Positions 25,437-39,289 of a stretch of 64,000 bases of DNA are shown in pieces (position 1 is the stretch's first letter; every line of letters starts with the position of its first letter). A program made the translations under genes and the position numbers. The stretch lies in NCBI GenBank assembly GCA_013265495.1, contig MU057989.1, positions 821,513 through 885,512 of the forward strand, given 5' to 3'. This DNA comes from Vicugna vicugna. Lineage: Eukaryota. Below the pieces are notes generated by a model. That model worked only from the letters and a program-made list of their open reading frames with translations, was not told the origin of the DNA and did no database searches.

Positions 25437-25560
25437 CGGGCAGTCCTCAACTTACAAACAGGCTGTTTTCCAAAAAGTTTGTAAGTCGACTGTTGAGAAT
25501 TCCAAACAAAAACTTCCCATAGAAGCAATGTTATGAATGATGGTGATTAAGGTTCAGCCC
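25437..25560. mobile_element. Tigger-family (MER82/Tigger6-like) fragment
   Basis: ggcagtcctcaacttacaaac...ttccaaaag...ttcccatagaagcaatgttat; family from memory. Confidence 0.45.
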
Positions 25561-26624
25561 ACAAAACAAAAACAAAACAAAAACTACTCGACCTGAAATA
25601 CTGTACAGCTGGGATGAAAGGGAGAACAAATAATAATTCTGTAATGTCACTATTTACAATAAAAAAAAATTAAGCTATGTTTCAAGATGAAACTATCTAA
25701 ATACTATAGTTGAAGAAATACAGAGAAGCAAATGGTTGGTCTGTGAGGATTGGGAAAGGGTCCCCAAGCACTTTCCAAAGACTTGAGAGGGTAATCTCAG
25801 TCTTTATCTTCACTTCCACATCGAGGTGCTGTCATTTCTCTCTAAAGGTCTAGCACGACCCTCTGCTTCTCCATCAGGATCACAGTTACACTGGGGACTC
25901 ACAGTGTCACAAAGGGAAAGAGGGAGATCAGAGAGACTCTCCTCAAGGTTTAGGAGCACAAGAAAGAAGAGAAGGAAAGAGGATAAAGATTAAAGGAAGG
26001 AGAGCTGTCAGTAAGAAACACTTTCTTCAGGAGAATCGAGGTGTCTGCCATAGAAGAGCAGAGAGTGGGGCACGTAATGTGCCTGATTCACCCCCTCCTG
26101 GAGGGAAAGAAGGAGGGGCAGGGATGAGGCAGTGTGCAGCTCCCCACATCACAGACAGCCCCCCAGGACAACTTTGTTGGTATCCTGATTAGCCTCAAGA
26201 TGGAAAGGTGGAGAAGCAAGGTGGTGGGACCTGGCAGTCTGGGCACACAGAACGACTGCAAGACAGATGCTCCAGGCTTGGGGAAGGGCATGTGCATGCA
26301 CGTGTGTGCGCTACATTGTCCAAAAGAAAACCATGATCTAAGAATTTATGAGGAAGACAGTGCTCAAGAAGGGACAAATGTCTTTTGTGACAGAGGGAAG
26401 CAGAAAAGAGCAAACGCAGGGCACAGCCCCATCCAGTAGAAGTTCACAGAACATTACAGAAGCAAATCGCCTTTCTCCTCAGCAGATGCTCCAGAGGCAC
26501 CTGACTGGTCAGTGTGTGGGGACGCAGGCTGCAGGAACCTTATTAACAAGAGAGGTGCCTGAGAACAACAGAGACAAATTTCACCCTAAGCTCTGCCATC
26601 AGGACTTCAGAAAATGGCACTTAC

Positions 26625-26865
26625 CTTGACAGGCTTTCCCAGCCTGACAATGTGTCATGTGATTCAAAACATTTTTCATGGTTCGACAATGCGGGAGAGA
26701 GCAGGCCCGAACCTCTCCATTGGCTTGTTCCCGCCTCTGACATTTATGAGCGTGAAGCAGTAGAACCAGCTGCTGCTGTATCAGTTTGCGCTTTTCGGGA
26801 TCTGCAGTGGGGCCCGTTGCAATTGCCTGTGTGGGTACAATTCCCACGGATGTTTGCATCTGAGA
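26625..26865 (-). CDS. CREBBP: CREBBP exon 4 (241 nt), TAZ1 N-terminal part ([25 protein letters not shown]...HCQAGKACQ)
   Basis: Acceptor ttttag|TCT, donor CAAG|gtaagt; TAZ1 His/Cys ligands present. Confidence 0.97.
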
Positions 26866-27610
26866 CTAAAATAAAACAAATTAATAAAAACATTTTAATA
26901 AACTTTCAGAGTTCCAATTCATGTTCATTAATTATTTTTCAAACTAATGTTAAAGCTGACGGATGATACTGGCCACAGACAGGAGTCAGCTGAAGTGGTT
27001 CTAATTCATCAGCAACTTTAAGGAGGATTCAGAAGCACAGAAACAAACCACCTCAGAAGCAAGTCTGATTAAAGTTCACTCGTGTATGACTGTCTTAGAA
27101 CAAGAAAGCAATACACATTCTTAAAGGTAGTAACCAAACCCCAATTCACGCTACAGAACATATAAGAGCTGGAGAAACTTACTATATTAGGTTGAACCAT
27201 ATGAAATTATTGTTTTTATAATATAGCCCAAATGACCAAATGTTGGCATTTTCATATGGTTCAACCTAATTAAAAAGATTGCCAAGGCCTGACCAGTTGC
27301 AACCCACTGCAAATATCTGAAGCAGCAGAAGAATTGGAGCCACCCTCTGGATTTCATGATCTTGTGACCAGAAGGACAATACCTGCTGCATTCATTACCT
27401 CTCCTAAAAGAATATAGCACTTAGCTTGAATACAACCATCCAGTACAATTGTTAATGCTTAAAAAAATGCTCTGCCTTCCATTAAAATTTCCACTCAGAC
27501 ATCTGACAATATTTTTTCCTAAAAGTATTTGATGACCTGCTAAAGATACAAAAATATAGAGTTTAATTGCTTTCATCCTTTCAAAATGACAATCCAGACC
27601 AACCATACCC

Positions 27611-27701
27611 TTTTTTTTTTTTTTAATGAAGGTGCTAGGGTTGCACCCAGAACCTCATGCAGGCTAAGCACGCACTCTACCACTAAGCAATTGCCACCCC
27701 C
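27611..27701 (-). mobile_element. Short, diverged tRNA-derived SINE (Vic-1-like)
   Basis: Poly-T plus cccagaacctcatgcaggctaagcacgcactctaccactaagc; degenerate TSD ccaaccataccc / ccaaacatatct. Confidence 0.75.
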
Positions 27702-30299
27702 TCCAAACATATCTCTTAACTGCAAAGAAAATGGAAAAGGTGACCTGTGGAGTCTTCTTACTCTTTACCAACTACCAACATGCTTCAGACAAACTTACTA
27801 CAGAAACTTGTGAAGTAAGAGAAATGTAGTATTTCTAATATGCAATAAAATAATCCATCGTTCAGGGATTTCTAATCTTCTGTTCTGACATGCACACTTC
27901 TGGCTTGATTTCACAACACTCAGTACCTCCCACAAAGTACACCACCACTCTGATTTTCCAAATTAAGAATCAAAACTATACACTTGCAATTAGGAGAAAA
28001 CCATGTACAAAAAAGTATTTCTTAATGAGACAAAGATTATTTTTAAAAGTTACAGGGTTTTGTATTTTGACGAGAACTCAGAAAAGAGGTGTGCAGAAAA
28101 GCCACCTGGCTTCACTCAGGAGCACAATCCCTGGAAACCTAACAGGACCCAATGCAAAAGCAAAGTCCAAGTCAAGAGGCTTTGTGTCCTGACTGGAGAA
28201 GTACTTAGCTCCTAAGAGAAAAGAATCTCTTTTCCTTATGTTTATGTTTTCCCCTGATTATAAAAGCAATATATGCATCCTGTAGAAATTCTGGAAAGCA
28301 AAAGAACTACTAAGGAGATAATTAACACCTGAAATTCTGATATCCAGGAGTCTACTATTAAAGTCTAGACAGATTTTTCTTCTTCCAGTTTTTTTTCTAT
28401 GTACATGCATGTGTATTAACCATCATCAATAGTCTTCTATCATAAATTTGGCTTGGTATTTACTCCAGGTCTGTCCCATAGGTCTGTCCCATACCATTAT
28501 GTTAGAGCATGATGCGTATTGAACATGTGACCATATATTCATTTATCCAATCTCCCATGGCTGGGCATAAACTGCACCCCCGCCGTTTTCCTGGCACTCT
28601 CAAATAAAGCCCCAGCAAACAAACAGCCTGTGACTATGCCCTGGCAGCATGCACTATCTGTGTTAAATGTTTCTGCATCAATCAGCTTATTCTCACAGAC
28701 TGGAAAGTCCAAGCAGAAATCAACAGGAACAGGAATAGAAGAACGTGAGAAACATAAGATGATCCTTGTCTAGGTCGCTTTTGCATTTATGAAAATTTCA
28801 AACACATGGAAAAGTAGAGAGGAAAGGATACCATGATCACATCCAACAAAATGAATGATTCTTTCATATCTGCTAATAATACCTAATCCACGTACAAATT
28901 TCTCTACTTATCCCTAAATTGTTTTTTAGAGCTGGTCTGCACAAATCAGGACCCAACACTACATCCGGTTCTTGTCTTTAAAAGTTCTTCACCTCCTGTC
29001 ACCCTCCCTTCTTTATTTTCTCAAGACACTGACTTGTTGAGGAGATCAAGCCAGCTGTCCTCCTGATGTTTCTTCAAATACAGAAATGTTATATACAAAA
29101 AAATCTATCATATAAGAATCAGGTAAAAACCCCTAACCTTATGATTAAATTATAGAAGACTGTTTTTAAGTTGTTAAAAATCAACACACTGCTTCTCATC
29201 TGGGATGTCCTTAAAGCATCTTCTGACCATATGTTGAAACCTCAACACATAGAAACAGCATGGTTGGAAACTGTACAGCACATTCAAACCTTGGTCTATT
29301 CTCTGTCTATCTGTAGATGTTTAATTAGCTCTACACATTGTTTACATGTGTCTCAAAAACAATTTGGAGGGTGAAACTGAGTGTCTTGTGTCCCTGTAAC
29401 TGGCCTTCCCCACAGAACTTGCACGGGGCTAGTTCAGTTTGCAAAGTGCTTACAAACTTAGGGTGCCTTTAATTTCCTCCTCTCTCAGACTGGTGCTCAA
29501 TGAGATGACAGAGCTGCATGAACTCTTGCAGAAAACTGTCAGAAGCAGCCTTCAGATTCTACTAATATCCCTACTCAGTCCCCACTGTCCAGGCAGGCAC
29601 CAAGAATGGAAAAAAAAAAGCTTAGACAAGAATTTCCCTTTAAACATACAGAACAAGGGCTGAATATTCTCCCAAAAGTAATGTATAAATTTTATGCAAC
29701 TTCATTTGTTTTTGCAATAGCCAAAAAAAATTTTTGAAAAACAGTAAGAATAAAGGAGGCATCTATCTTGCCAGATACCAAAACTATAAAAGCTACAGAT
29801 TTCTTTACATAGGTCTGGGAAAAGATACATATACATATGAGATTAGTGTATTATAAAGATAGTGTTTCAATGTAGAGGTTGGTGGCAGCAATCTTTGATC
29901 CTTGTATCACCTTAAAAAATAAATTCCAGATGAACTGAAGTAAATTAAAATGGATAAAAATACTAGAAAAAATAGTAGTTTAAGTATAAGGATAAGAAAA
30001 AAACTTCTTAATATAAAGAAAAACAGAGTAAAATTTAAAAGTGAAAAATTGAAAGAAAAATGGTTGTTTTTGAAAAGTAGAAATAGTGAGTCCAAAGATA
30101 GGAACATTATATATGTTGCCAAATCTTTTCTGGAAAGACTGTGGTACTATTAACTATATAAAGAACTCTCAGGGGGGAAAAAAAGATGCTACTCCGCTAA
30201 AAAGTTGGGCAAAAAAAAAAAAAAAGTATAGACACCCCACAAAAGAAATACAAATAAACAACAAACATAAAAAATGTTCTACACTTCACTGCCTGGGCA

Positions 30300-31500
30300 A
30301 CTCAATGGAAGGAGGAAGTCTTCCCAAAACTAATGATGATAAAAAGGGCAGGACAGCTGGATGTCCACATGCCAAAGAACGAAGGTGGACCCCTTCTTCA
30401 CATTACACTAAAAAAATCAACCTGAAATGAATCAAAGACCTAAACGTGAGAGTTAAAACTATAAAATTCTTCAGAAAAAATCATAGGAGTAAGCCTTCAT
30501 TACCTCAGCTCAGGCAATGGAGTCTTAGATACGTCACCAAGAGCACACACAACAAGGGCAAAAAGGATACACTGGGCCTCACCGGACCTCATTAAAACTA
30601 AAAACTGTTATGTTCAAAGGACACCACTGAGAAAGTGAAAGACAACCCAAAGAATCAGAGAAAATATTTGCAAATCATAGGTGTGATACAGGACTTGTAT
30701 TTAAAACAAACAGAACTCTTAAAACTCAAAGATAAAACGACAATCAAATTTTTAAAAATGAACAAAGAACATGAATAGATATTTTCCCAAAGAAGATATG
30801 GTCAATAAGCACAAGAAAAGATCTGCAGCACCATTAGTCCTCAGTGGAACCACAGTGCAATACCATTCTACACCCACCAGCACAGCCACACAATTGAAAA
30901 CACCCAGACAGAACAAGGGTGGGTAAGCACGTGGGAAAACTGAAACCCTCACACACTCTACTGGTGAGAATGGCAAATGGTGCCGCCACTTTGGAAAACA
31001 TTCTGGCAGTTACTCAAAAGGTTAAACCTAGAGTTGCCATATGGCCCAGCAATTTCCCGCCTAAGCATATACCCAAGAGAATTGAAAACATATGTTCACA
31101 CAAAAACATGTACACAAATATTTGTAGCAGCACTATTCCTAGTAGCCAAAAAGTGGAAACAATTTAAATGCCCATCAAATGATGAATGGAAAAATACGCT
31201 ATTTCCAAAATGGAATATACTCCAACCATAAAAAAGGAAGTACTGATACATGCTACAACATGAATGGACTTCAAAAACATTAGGCTAAGTCACAAATTAT
31301 CACATACATAATTCCATTTCTATGAAATGTCCAGAATAGGTGAATCCATAGGGGCAGAAAACAGATTACTGACTGCCTCTGGCTGAAGGTCCAGCAGAAA
31401 TGGGGAAAAACTTGCTAATAGTACAGTTTCTTTTGGAGTGATGAAAATGTTCTGGGGGGGATTGTACAGCAGATTAATTATATCTCAATAAAGCTGTCTT
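30300..31500 (+). mobile_element. Old L1 (L1MB-like) ORF2 3' end and 3' UTR; further degraded L1 pieces flank it (about 29650-30290 and 31500-32200)
   Basis: atcaaagacctaaacgtgagagttaaaactataaaa; gagttgccatatggcccagcaatt; ends tatatctcaataaagctgt; frameshifted. Confidence 0.85.
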
Positions 31501-31907
31501 AAAATGAGTTCATTGAAGAAATTAAATTAGAACAAAGAGGCACCTTTCACTTACAAATACGAACAACCAAAAAAACAAAACAAAACAAAACAAAACTGGT
31601 ATTGATGAGGATAGAAACAGCAATTCTCAGGGACTTTGGTGATAATGCAATTTAGGAAGACTTTGGAAAGCAACACATGTCAAAAAGGAAAACGTACGTT
31701 TCTTTTGATCCAGAGTTCTACTTCCTATAATCTAATTATGGAAGTAACCGGACTAGTGCGCTAAAAAGTAGCCACAAAGATAGGCACCACACCTTGATTA
31801 CATGATTAAAAACTGGAAAACTCCTAAATGCCTATATCAAAGATGGATGAATTAAATTATGGCTACAGACCCCATGAAATCATATGCAGTCCTGAAAAGT
31901 AAGGCAG

Positions 31908-32034
31908 CCCTCAAGTGATCCCAGTCAAAGTCATATGGAACAGAAAGGCCCAGCCAAGCCCTACCCAGACTCCGGACCCACGGAAAATTATGAGATATAA
32001 TAAAATACGGTTATTTGAGGCTATAAAAAAAAAA
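31908..32034 (+). mobile_element. MLT1-type (MaLR) LTR fragment ending in poly-A
   Basis: cccagccaagccctacccagactccggacccacggaaaattatgagatataataaaa resembles the MLT1 3' region; A10 at 32025-32034. Confidence 0.6.
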
Positions 32035-35000
32035 GCAGTAACAACAATAATGTAGATATTAATGCTTTTACAAGAAGCTGTCTATAACATATCAAGCTAC
32101 AAAAGAAGTTATAGAATAGTACCAGAAAGTCATTCTGTTTTTCCTTATTAATTTCATATTTTGTATCTGTTCTTAGAAAAAACCTTGTTAAGATTATTTA
32201 ATGGTATCTCTGGACAGGGGTGGGGTCATGTATTCCATCATGGAGGGGAGGGATCAGAAGAATCAGTAGAAAATAATGAATAATTAAATATAAAAAATAA
32301 AACTGTAAAGGCACTAGAAGGTATTAAGAGGAGTATTTTGTAATGCAAAAATGGCAGAGGCCTTCAGAAAAATATATAAAGCAGTGGTTCCTAACCAATC
32401 CCCAGTGAAGCTCTTCCAACACAAATTCCCCGTTCCTCCCTCCCAGAGATCATGATTCACAAATCTGCAGTGGAGCCAGAGCTATTTCTATTTGTTTAAG
32501 TTCCACAGAGGGTGCTTTATTATATTTAGCTGTATACTTTTTCCAGGTTTTCTAAGACAAACATGTATGCACTTTCACAGTTAGAATATAATAAAACATT
32601 TAAGAGAGAAAGGCCCAGGCGATTCTGACTCAGTGGCAGTCACACATAAAGGGAAAGCACCAGGGCCAGACCACTGTAATGGCAACCAACTAACTAGGAA
32701 AAGTATATGAAACACACAAGAGAAAGCCAGTCTTTATTTTTCAAGGGCTTTGTGCCAGGCTCTGTGTTCAGTGTCCAAAAGCAGCAACTCATTTAATATC
32801 CACCCACCTACCCCCAAGGGAGAACTAACCCAAGGCCCTCCCAGCCTCTTGTGAGAGGAGTGACTGAGGCTCACGTGGCACTGGGTGGTGGGAAAGTGGG
32901 TGGCCTAGCAGTAGTGTCCCCACCTAAACCCTTTTGCAGCTCCCATTGTCAAAGGGCTGACTACCTTGTATTATAAAGCATTCTAAAAGAATCTGACAGA
33001 AAAACTGACCAAGACAGGAACCAAGCAACTCAAAACAGAAAAGCACACTTCTCCAAACATAAGTAGTTTAATTCTTACCAGTAATCAAGGAATACAAATC
33101 AAAATAATGAGACACCATTTCCTCCTACCAAAGGACACAGTGATAATCCTCAGCTTTGGGAGCACTGTGTCATACTGGCGACCTGATACACGGCTTTTGT
33201 TGGAAGACAATATAATAGGATCCATCAAAAACCTTAAAATACATGCTATATGCACTTCTGTAACTCCAATCGGCTCACATACAATTCCTAATCACAGAAG
33301 GAAGAGGTTACTGTGGCATGGGAGTCACACTGGATCAATCATGACCCGCCCACCCCTGCATGTCAACATTGTGATCCATGAGTAACAGCAGGTGAACACA
33401 AAGCACACTGACCCAAGTGCTGTGGAGGGTACAGTCCACTCCCCCCACTTCAGTCTTTGCTAGATCTGGTTGCATGCTCTGTGCATGCAGTGCTTGTCAT
33501 CATAACTCAACCCCCGTTTATACCTTTGTCCATCAAACGACCTGGAAAGGCAAACCTTTTATATTTATTCTGGTATATTTCTTAATTTTTAAAGTAGTTT
33601 AATATGTACTTCTATTAGGATTGTTATTGTTACACAGGTTTGAATAATCAGTACCAACCCACTTTTTAAATGCCCTATATTCTATCCTAAGGATATATTC
33701 ACAGATGTGCACAAAGAGTATGTATAATTAAGTTTATCCTGGCATTCTTCCTAGAAAAAGAAGTTATTTTTCTATGAAGTGTCTAAGAATAGGTTATACT
33801 GTCTGCAAAGGACTCTGTAGTGCAAACAGTAAGAAGCAGAAACTGACCAAGACAGAACAGGGGATGAAAAGGCTTCCCCCTGCCACACAACCACTGTCCC
33901 CAGTTCCCATCAGGCTGGGATTCCTGGAGATGGCCCTTCAGATAAACTTGGCCCAAACCTTCCACATTACTAACAGAGTTCAGACCCCACTCCTCTGACA
34001 ACCCTCCCCTCGCCCACCTGGAAACTTCTCCCCAACCTCCACTTAAAGTCAGAAAATGACACCAGAGTGAACACCAGGTGGGACAAAGGATCATTCTGCA
34101 ATATTTGCTTGTTTTAATTCCCCCAGAAGGGCCCTAGAACAGCTGGGTGTGCAAAGCTTTGAAGTCATAAAATGAAGAAAATGCTCATTAAATGCACACG
34201 GCTATCAAACTGAGAAGAAGTGATAATTACCTCTGAGATGATAAGGATCAACTAGTAAGAAACAACATAACTGTTTAGATAGATGGAATAATGTTTCTTG
34301 TGTTTTCTTCTTTTTGCCTGGTGTTTGTTGATTTTTGAAAAATAAGATTACCTTACAATTTAAGATTTAAATTCAATAGGAAAATAACTTAAAATGAGCA
34401 AGCTGGACCAGAATGATTTCTAAGCAATCTTCCACAGCAGAAAAGAAATGGCTAAGAAAAGACAGAAAACTCACTGGGCAAGCTTGAGGGCAAAGGCACA
34501 GGGACTGACAACTGGACAGACCCACCCTCTCCCCTGCCCTACCTTCACTCCTTCCAACTGGAGGGTCATTCTGCCAAGGAGGGGTGAGCGGTCAAATGAA
34601 ACTGCACAAAGAAACTAAAGGGTAAAAGGTGTTGGATCTATTCCAACAGCCAAGGTGACAGGCTGACCAGAGCAGCAGGTCTCAACTGACTTAAGGGGTC
34701 TTAAGCAGCGTCAGACCCATTCACTGAACGATAAGTTCACCAGGATTACCGATCTACTGATGACTAAGGGACAGTCTTCTTGAAGACGTCAATATATATG
34801 AAAATACTCTTCAAGAACATTTATTACATTAGGCTTTTGATAGCTTGGCAAATTAGTCATCTGACTGATCAATTAGTTTCTGGTGACCTGAGGGCCATTT
34901 CAGATAATTGTGGAAAAGGTAAAAAGAGGATAGGGTAATTAGGTCCGTGAAAAAGACTGTTGTGGTTCATGCCTCTTCAGACACGGTACTGCATTTATGT

Positions 35001-37049
35001 CTTCGGTAGCCACAACTGTCTCCATCCAGATCCAGTAAATGTGCTATCTACTCAGTTCTTCTTAATGGTCACTTCATTTTCCAGAAACACCTGGTAAACA
35101 TCTCCCGTATTTTCGGGTAACAGGCAGGCACAAGTTCTGGCTCTAGTTGTCAGTAGTTCGGCACAGCTTGTTTAGCCCCAAAGAACCTTCCAACAGGATC
35201 TCTACTCTACATGGAGTGAGAGAGATGAATGTCTCTGGAGATAATTCATGTTGTTTTACCCAGAAGGTTTCACTGAGGAAAGGGCTATGTTAATCAGACT
35301 CTAGAAAAGACACTGCTGGTTACCGGAAACTCATCTTTGATCTTGATTGAGCACTTGTAGTACCTACAGTTGTTTCTGGTATTAAAGAACACTGTTAACA
35401 GCTCAGGATGGTCTCTGTTCTCAGGGACCACAGCCTTGTGGGGGCAAAGGTGTCAGCCCAAACTGGTAGACTTGCTTTCCAATAAACAGTCAACTAGTTC
35501 AGGGGGAAAAAAACACTGTTCATTTTTCTCAGATTCTAGTTTCCTGTTATTTGCAACATACCATATTTGCTGAGGCTATGTTTCCCCGCTGATATTTATT
35601 GTCAAAACAAAAGGGGATGAGTTTAAACAACAGAAAGGATTTATATAGGTACTGATCAGAATTTCAGACTAAGTTATTCTTCAAAGGCCCCACATACACA
35701 TTTTCTCAGAGATCTTTAAATTACAGGTGGAGGTAATAAGATGACAATAAGAAAGGTAAACTCCTAAAATTACAAAAACACTTGAATTACTAATAATTGC
35801 AGGCAAACGGTTACTTGCCTACCTTGTGTCATTTTCCAATTCAATTACTGAGGCATAATTCATAGCCACAGAGTGATTTTCTACAGAAACTGCTCTGATG
35901 GTGAAGAGCTGACATGACTACTCACTTGTTATTTCCAGAGAACCACAAAAGCACTTTCCTCAGTCCTAGGATAGAGGAAAATATTACACAACCAGTGATT
36001 TTTAAATTCATGCTTGTGAAGTACAAGGAGCTAGTGTGCAACGGTATGGGAACGTGAGCATCTCTGCAGTGAAATTAAAACCGTGAGACCAGCCAATCAA
36101 AGACGACGACAGAGTGAGACTTCGGGTTCACAAAGCTCTGTCAGTTCAAGTCTCCATTCCTCAACGATCAGAAACGACGTGGGGGACAGAAAACTATGAG
36201 AATAAGACAAAAGGGGTGGGGAGACAGGGAAGCCTTCTGAAGTACTCAAGTGGACACAAAGACCAACAAAGCAGCCCACTCCACAGTGGAACAGCTGGGC
36301 ATCAGGTCAGTGACACTGCAGGGGACAGTGACTCTTGAAAACTGATCTACATCAGAATGACTGGAGGAGCTTGTTTAAAACTGCAGATTCCAAGAGAAAG
36401 AACAACAAGCCCATCTACTTGGCTGTCATCCTGAAATGCATTAGAGAGAAGCAGGCAGTAAACACTGGAAGCGAAAGGAAGAAAAACCTCAAGTTTCACA
36501 AATAATAGTGACAATAAAAACACAGATTCCTTACCCTTCCTCTAAGAGATTCTGGACCAAGAGGTCGGGGTGGGGCCTTGGAACCAGTCACTCTGATACA
36601 GTAGGTCCACTGACACACTGTGAGCAACATGCAGAAATAACTCTACGACACACAGCTCACCCTGCAAGGGCCGGAGTAGGTGACTAGCCGTCCACATGCA
36701 CTACCCCACATCTCTGTTATTCTGGCAGGACACAGAAGACGACGCTACAGCCCTCCGCTGCACAAATAGTCCTGTACCAGGTGCACTTTCCTTCACCTTA
36801 GAGCTGTGGCTCAGCAGCTGCCTGGGGACCTAGTCCAAAGCCTCTGTGTTAAAATTCTCTGACACACGACCAAAAGAATCCTAATGCTACTTTCATGAGC
36901 AATTTAAAATACATAGCACTCCTGATGATTTTCCTCCATTACAATTTTAAGAAGGGCAAAGTCTCCACAGGACAGTTCTTAGTTTTTCTCAAAACAACAA
37001 CAAAACAAATCCCCACATATACAAACTTCCTGTTAGAAATAACCCTCGT

Positions 37050-38113
37050 CCATGAACAAAACGGAAAGACAATCTGCAGACTGAGAGAAAACCTTTGCAA
37101 ATGTGACCGACAAGGGATTAACTTCCAAAGTATACAAGCAACTCACACAGCTCAGTATCAAAAGAAACCCAAACAACCCAATCAAAAAATGGGTAGAGGA
37201 TCTAAAGAGACATTTCTCCAAAGAAGACACAGATGGCCAACAGGCATATGAAAAGATGCTCAACATCACAAATTATTCGAGAAATGCAAATTAAAACTAC
37301 AATGAGGTATCACCTGACACAGGTCAGAATGGCCAACATCAAAGAGTCTACAAATAATAAATGCTGGAGAGGGTGTGGAGAAAAGGGAACACACTGTTGG
37401 TGGGAATGTAAACTGGTGCAGCCACTGTTTTTAAGGAACAGTACAGAGGTTCCTTAAAAAAATAGAGTTACCATACAATCCAGCAATCTCACTCTTGGGC
37501 ATATATCTGGAGAAAACTCTAATTCAAAAAGATACATGCACTCCAATGTTCACAGCATCACTACTTACAACAGTCAAGACATGGAAGCTACCTAAATGTC
37601 CACTGACAGAGGAACGGATAAAGAAAATGTGGTATATACACACAACAGAACACCACTCAGCCTTAAAAAGGAATGACATAATGCCATTTGCAGCAACATA
37701 GATGGACCTAGAGATTATCATACTAAGTGAAGTAAGTCAAAGACAAATATCATATGATATCACTTAAAAGTAAAATCTAAAAAAATGACACAAATGAACT
37801 TATTTACCAAACAGAGAGAGACTCACAGACATAAAAGTGAACTTACAGTTAACAGAGGGGAAGGGAGAGATAAATGGGGAGTTTGGGATTGGCTGATACA
37901 AACTGCTACGTATAGAATAAACAACAAGGTCCTAATGTATAGTACAGGAACTATATTCAATGGCTTGTAGAAACATATAATAAAAAGAATATGAAAATAT
38001 ATATATGTGTGTAACTGAATCACTACACTGTACACCAGAAATTAATACAACTATAATACAACTGTAAATCAATTATACTTCATTTTTTTTAATGTTAAAA
38101 AAAAGAGAGAGAG
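37050..38113 (+). mobile_element. 5'-truncated LINE-1 (ORF2 C-terminus and 3' UTR), same family as 57..1056
   Basis: Remnant peptides [12 protein letters not shown] and KDTCTPMFTASL...KMWYIHT; A/GA tail; TSD agaaataaccctcgt (37035-37049) / agaactaacccttgt (38114-38128). Confidence 0.92.
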
Positions 38114-38787
38114 AGAACTAACCCTTGTGAGAGACCACATCAGGGAACCCCCACAGGAGATTCTGTGAGAGAAACTGATGAGGAGGAGGTCACTTTGGTC
38201 AGTAATCTTTCTCAGATTAGATATGCCCAAGATGTGTCCTGCTTCTAAAAAGTACTCCTTTAAAAGTAGTCTCAGACCCACCACAGAGGTCAGCAACGAC
38301 CCAAACGACAAATCCAGTCCCAACCGATGCATGAAGTTTCCTCCTCCCTACAAACATGCTCCTCACTCTCTGTGTTACGACTTTCTCAGGTGAAAATGGC
38401 AGGAAGCCCAACTTCAAGCTTAAGCAAGAAGGACAGTGTCACCAGGGATCAGGTGGCCTCCTCTCCCAGAGGACTGCCCTGGAAAACATCTCCCTCTCTG
38501 CCTCAGGCACTCTCATGAAAGCTCCCCCTCTGAGACAGCTCTCAGGGGCCTTGATGCCAGTCAAGAGAAAGACAGCCCCGCCTCTGCCCCTGCCAAAACC
38601 TGCTCCTCTCCATCAGTGAGACTTCACGGTTTAAAATGCTTATATCCACGTGAGCTGTCCTAGAAAGCTATACGGTGAGTACATACACTTACTAGTTGTC
38701 ACTCTTAATTCAAATTATGACGAAGCAGTATATATATACAAACTGTATTTTATTAGATCTAAAACTCGATTGTTTCTAAAACACCTC

Positions 38788-38879
38788 TTTTTTTTTAATT
38801 GAAGTATCATCAGTTATAATGTGTCAATTTCTGGTATACAGCACAATGTTCCAGGCATGCATATATAGACACATACTCG
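38788..38879 (-). mobile_element. Ultra-short L1 3' tail insertion (92 bp)
   Basis: Poly-T plus aattgaagtatcatcagttataatgtgtcaatttctggtatacagc; TSD taaaacacctc / taaaacatctc. Confidence 0.8.
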
Positions 38880-39289
38880 TAAAACATCTCACTTAAAAGA
38901 TGCTACAATGTGAAAAAAAATGTGCATTTTAGAATCATGAAATACCATGTAATAATACGATAAAATTTCTAAGAAGTTTCAAAAATCTGTAGAAAGTTAA
39001 GAAATTATAAATAAAATGGCCAAAGACAGAGGTTTGTAATGAGATCCACATGAAAATTTAGGGAGATGTAGTATTTGCTCTTGAATATCATCCTGGGGAT
39101 ATATACGCCCTCAACAAGGACATATTTGCAACAGGGGGTCTTGACCCTTTCAGAGCTCCAGGCAGCACCTCCCAGAGGGTGAGTGCAGAGCAGGGTGATC
39201 CACAGGTCTCCATGACTGCCGGCTACATTTAACTCTCTCGGAAGATGTTCCACACTGCTGGACTGTCCCAGAGATCCACCCGCACATCC

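Noticed and set aside
37103..37970. Short ORFs with L1 ORF2-like peptides
   Set aside because: Frameshifted pieces of a 5'-truncated L1; not an active reverse transcriptase gene.
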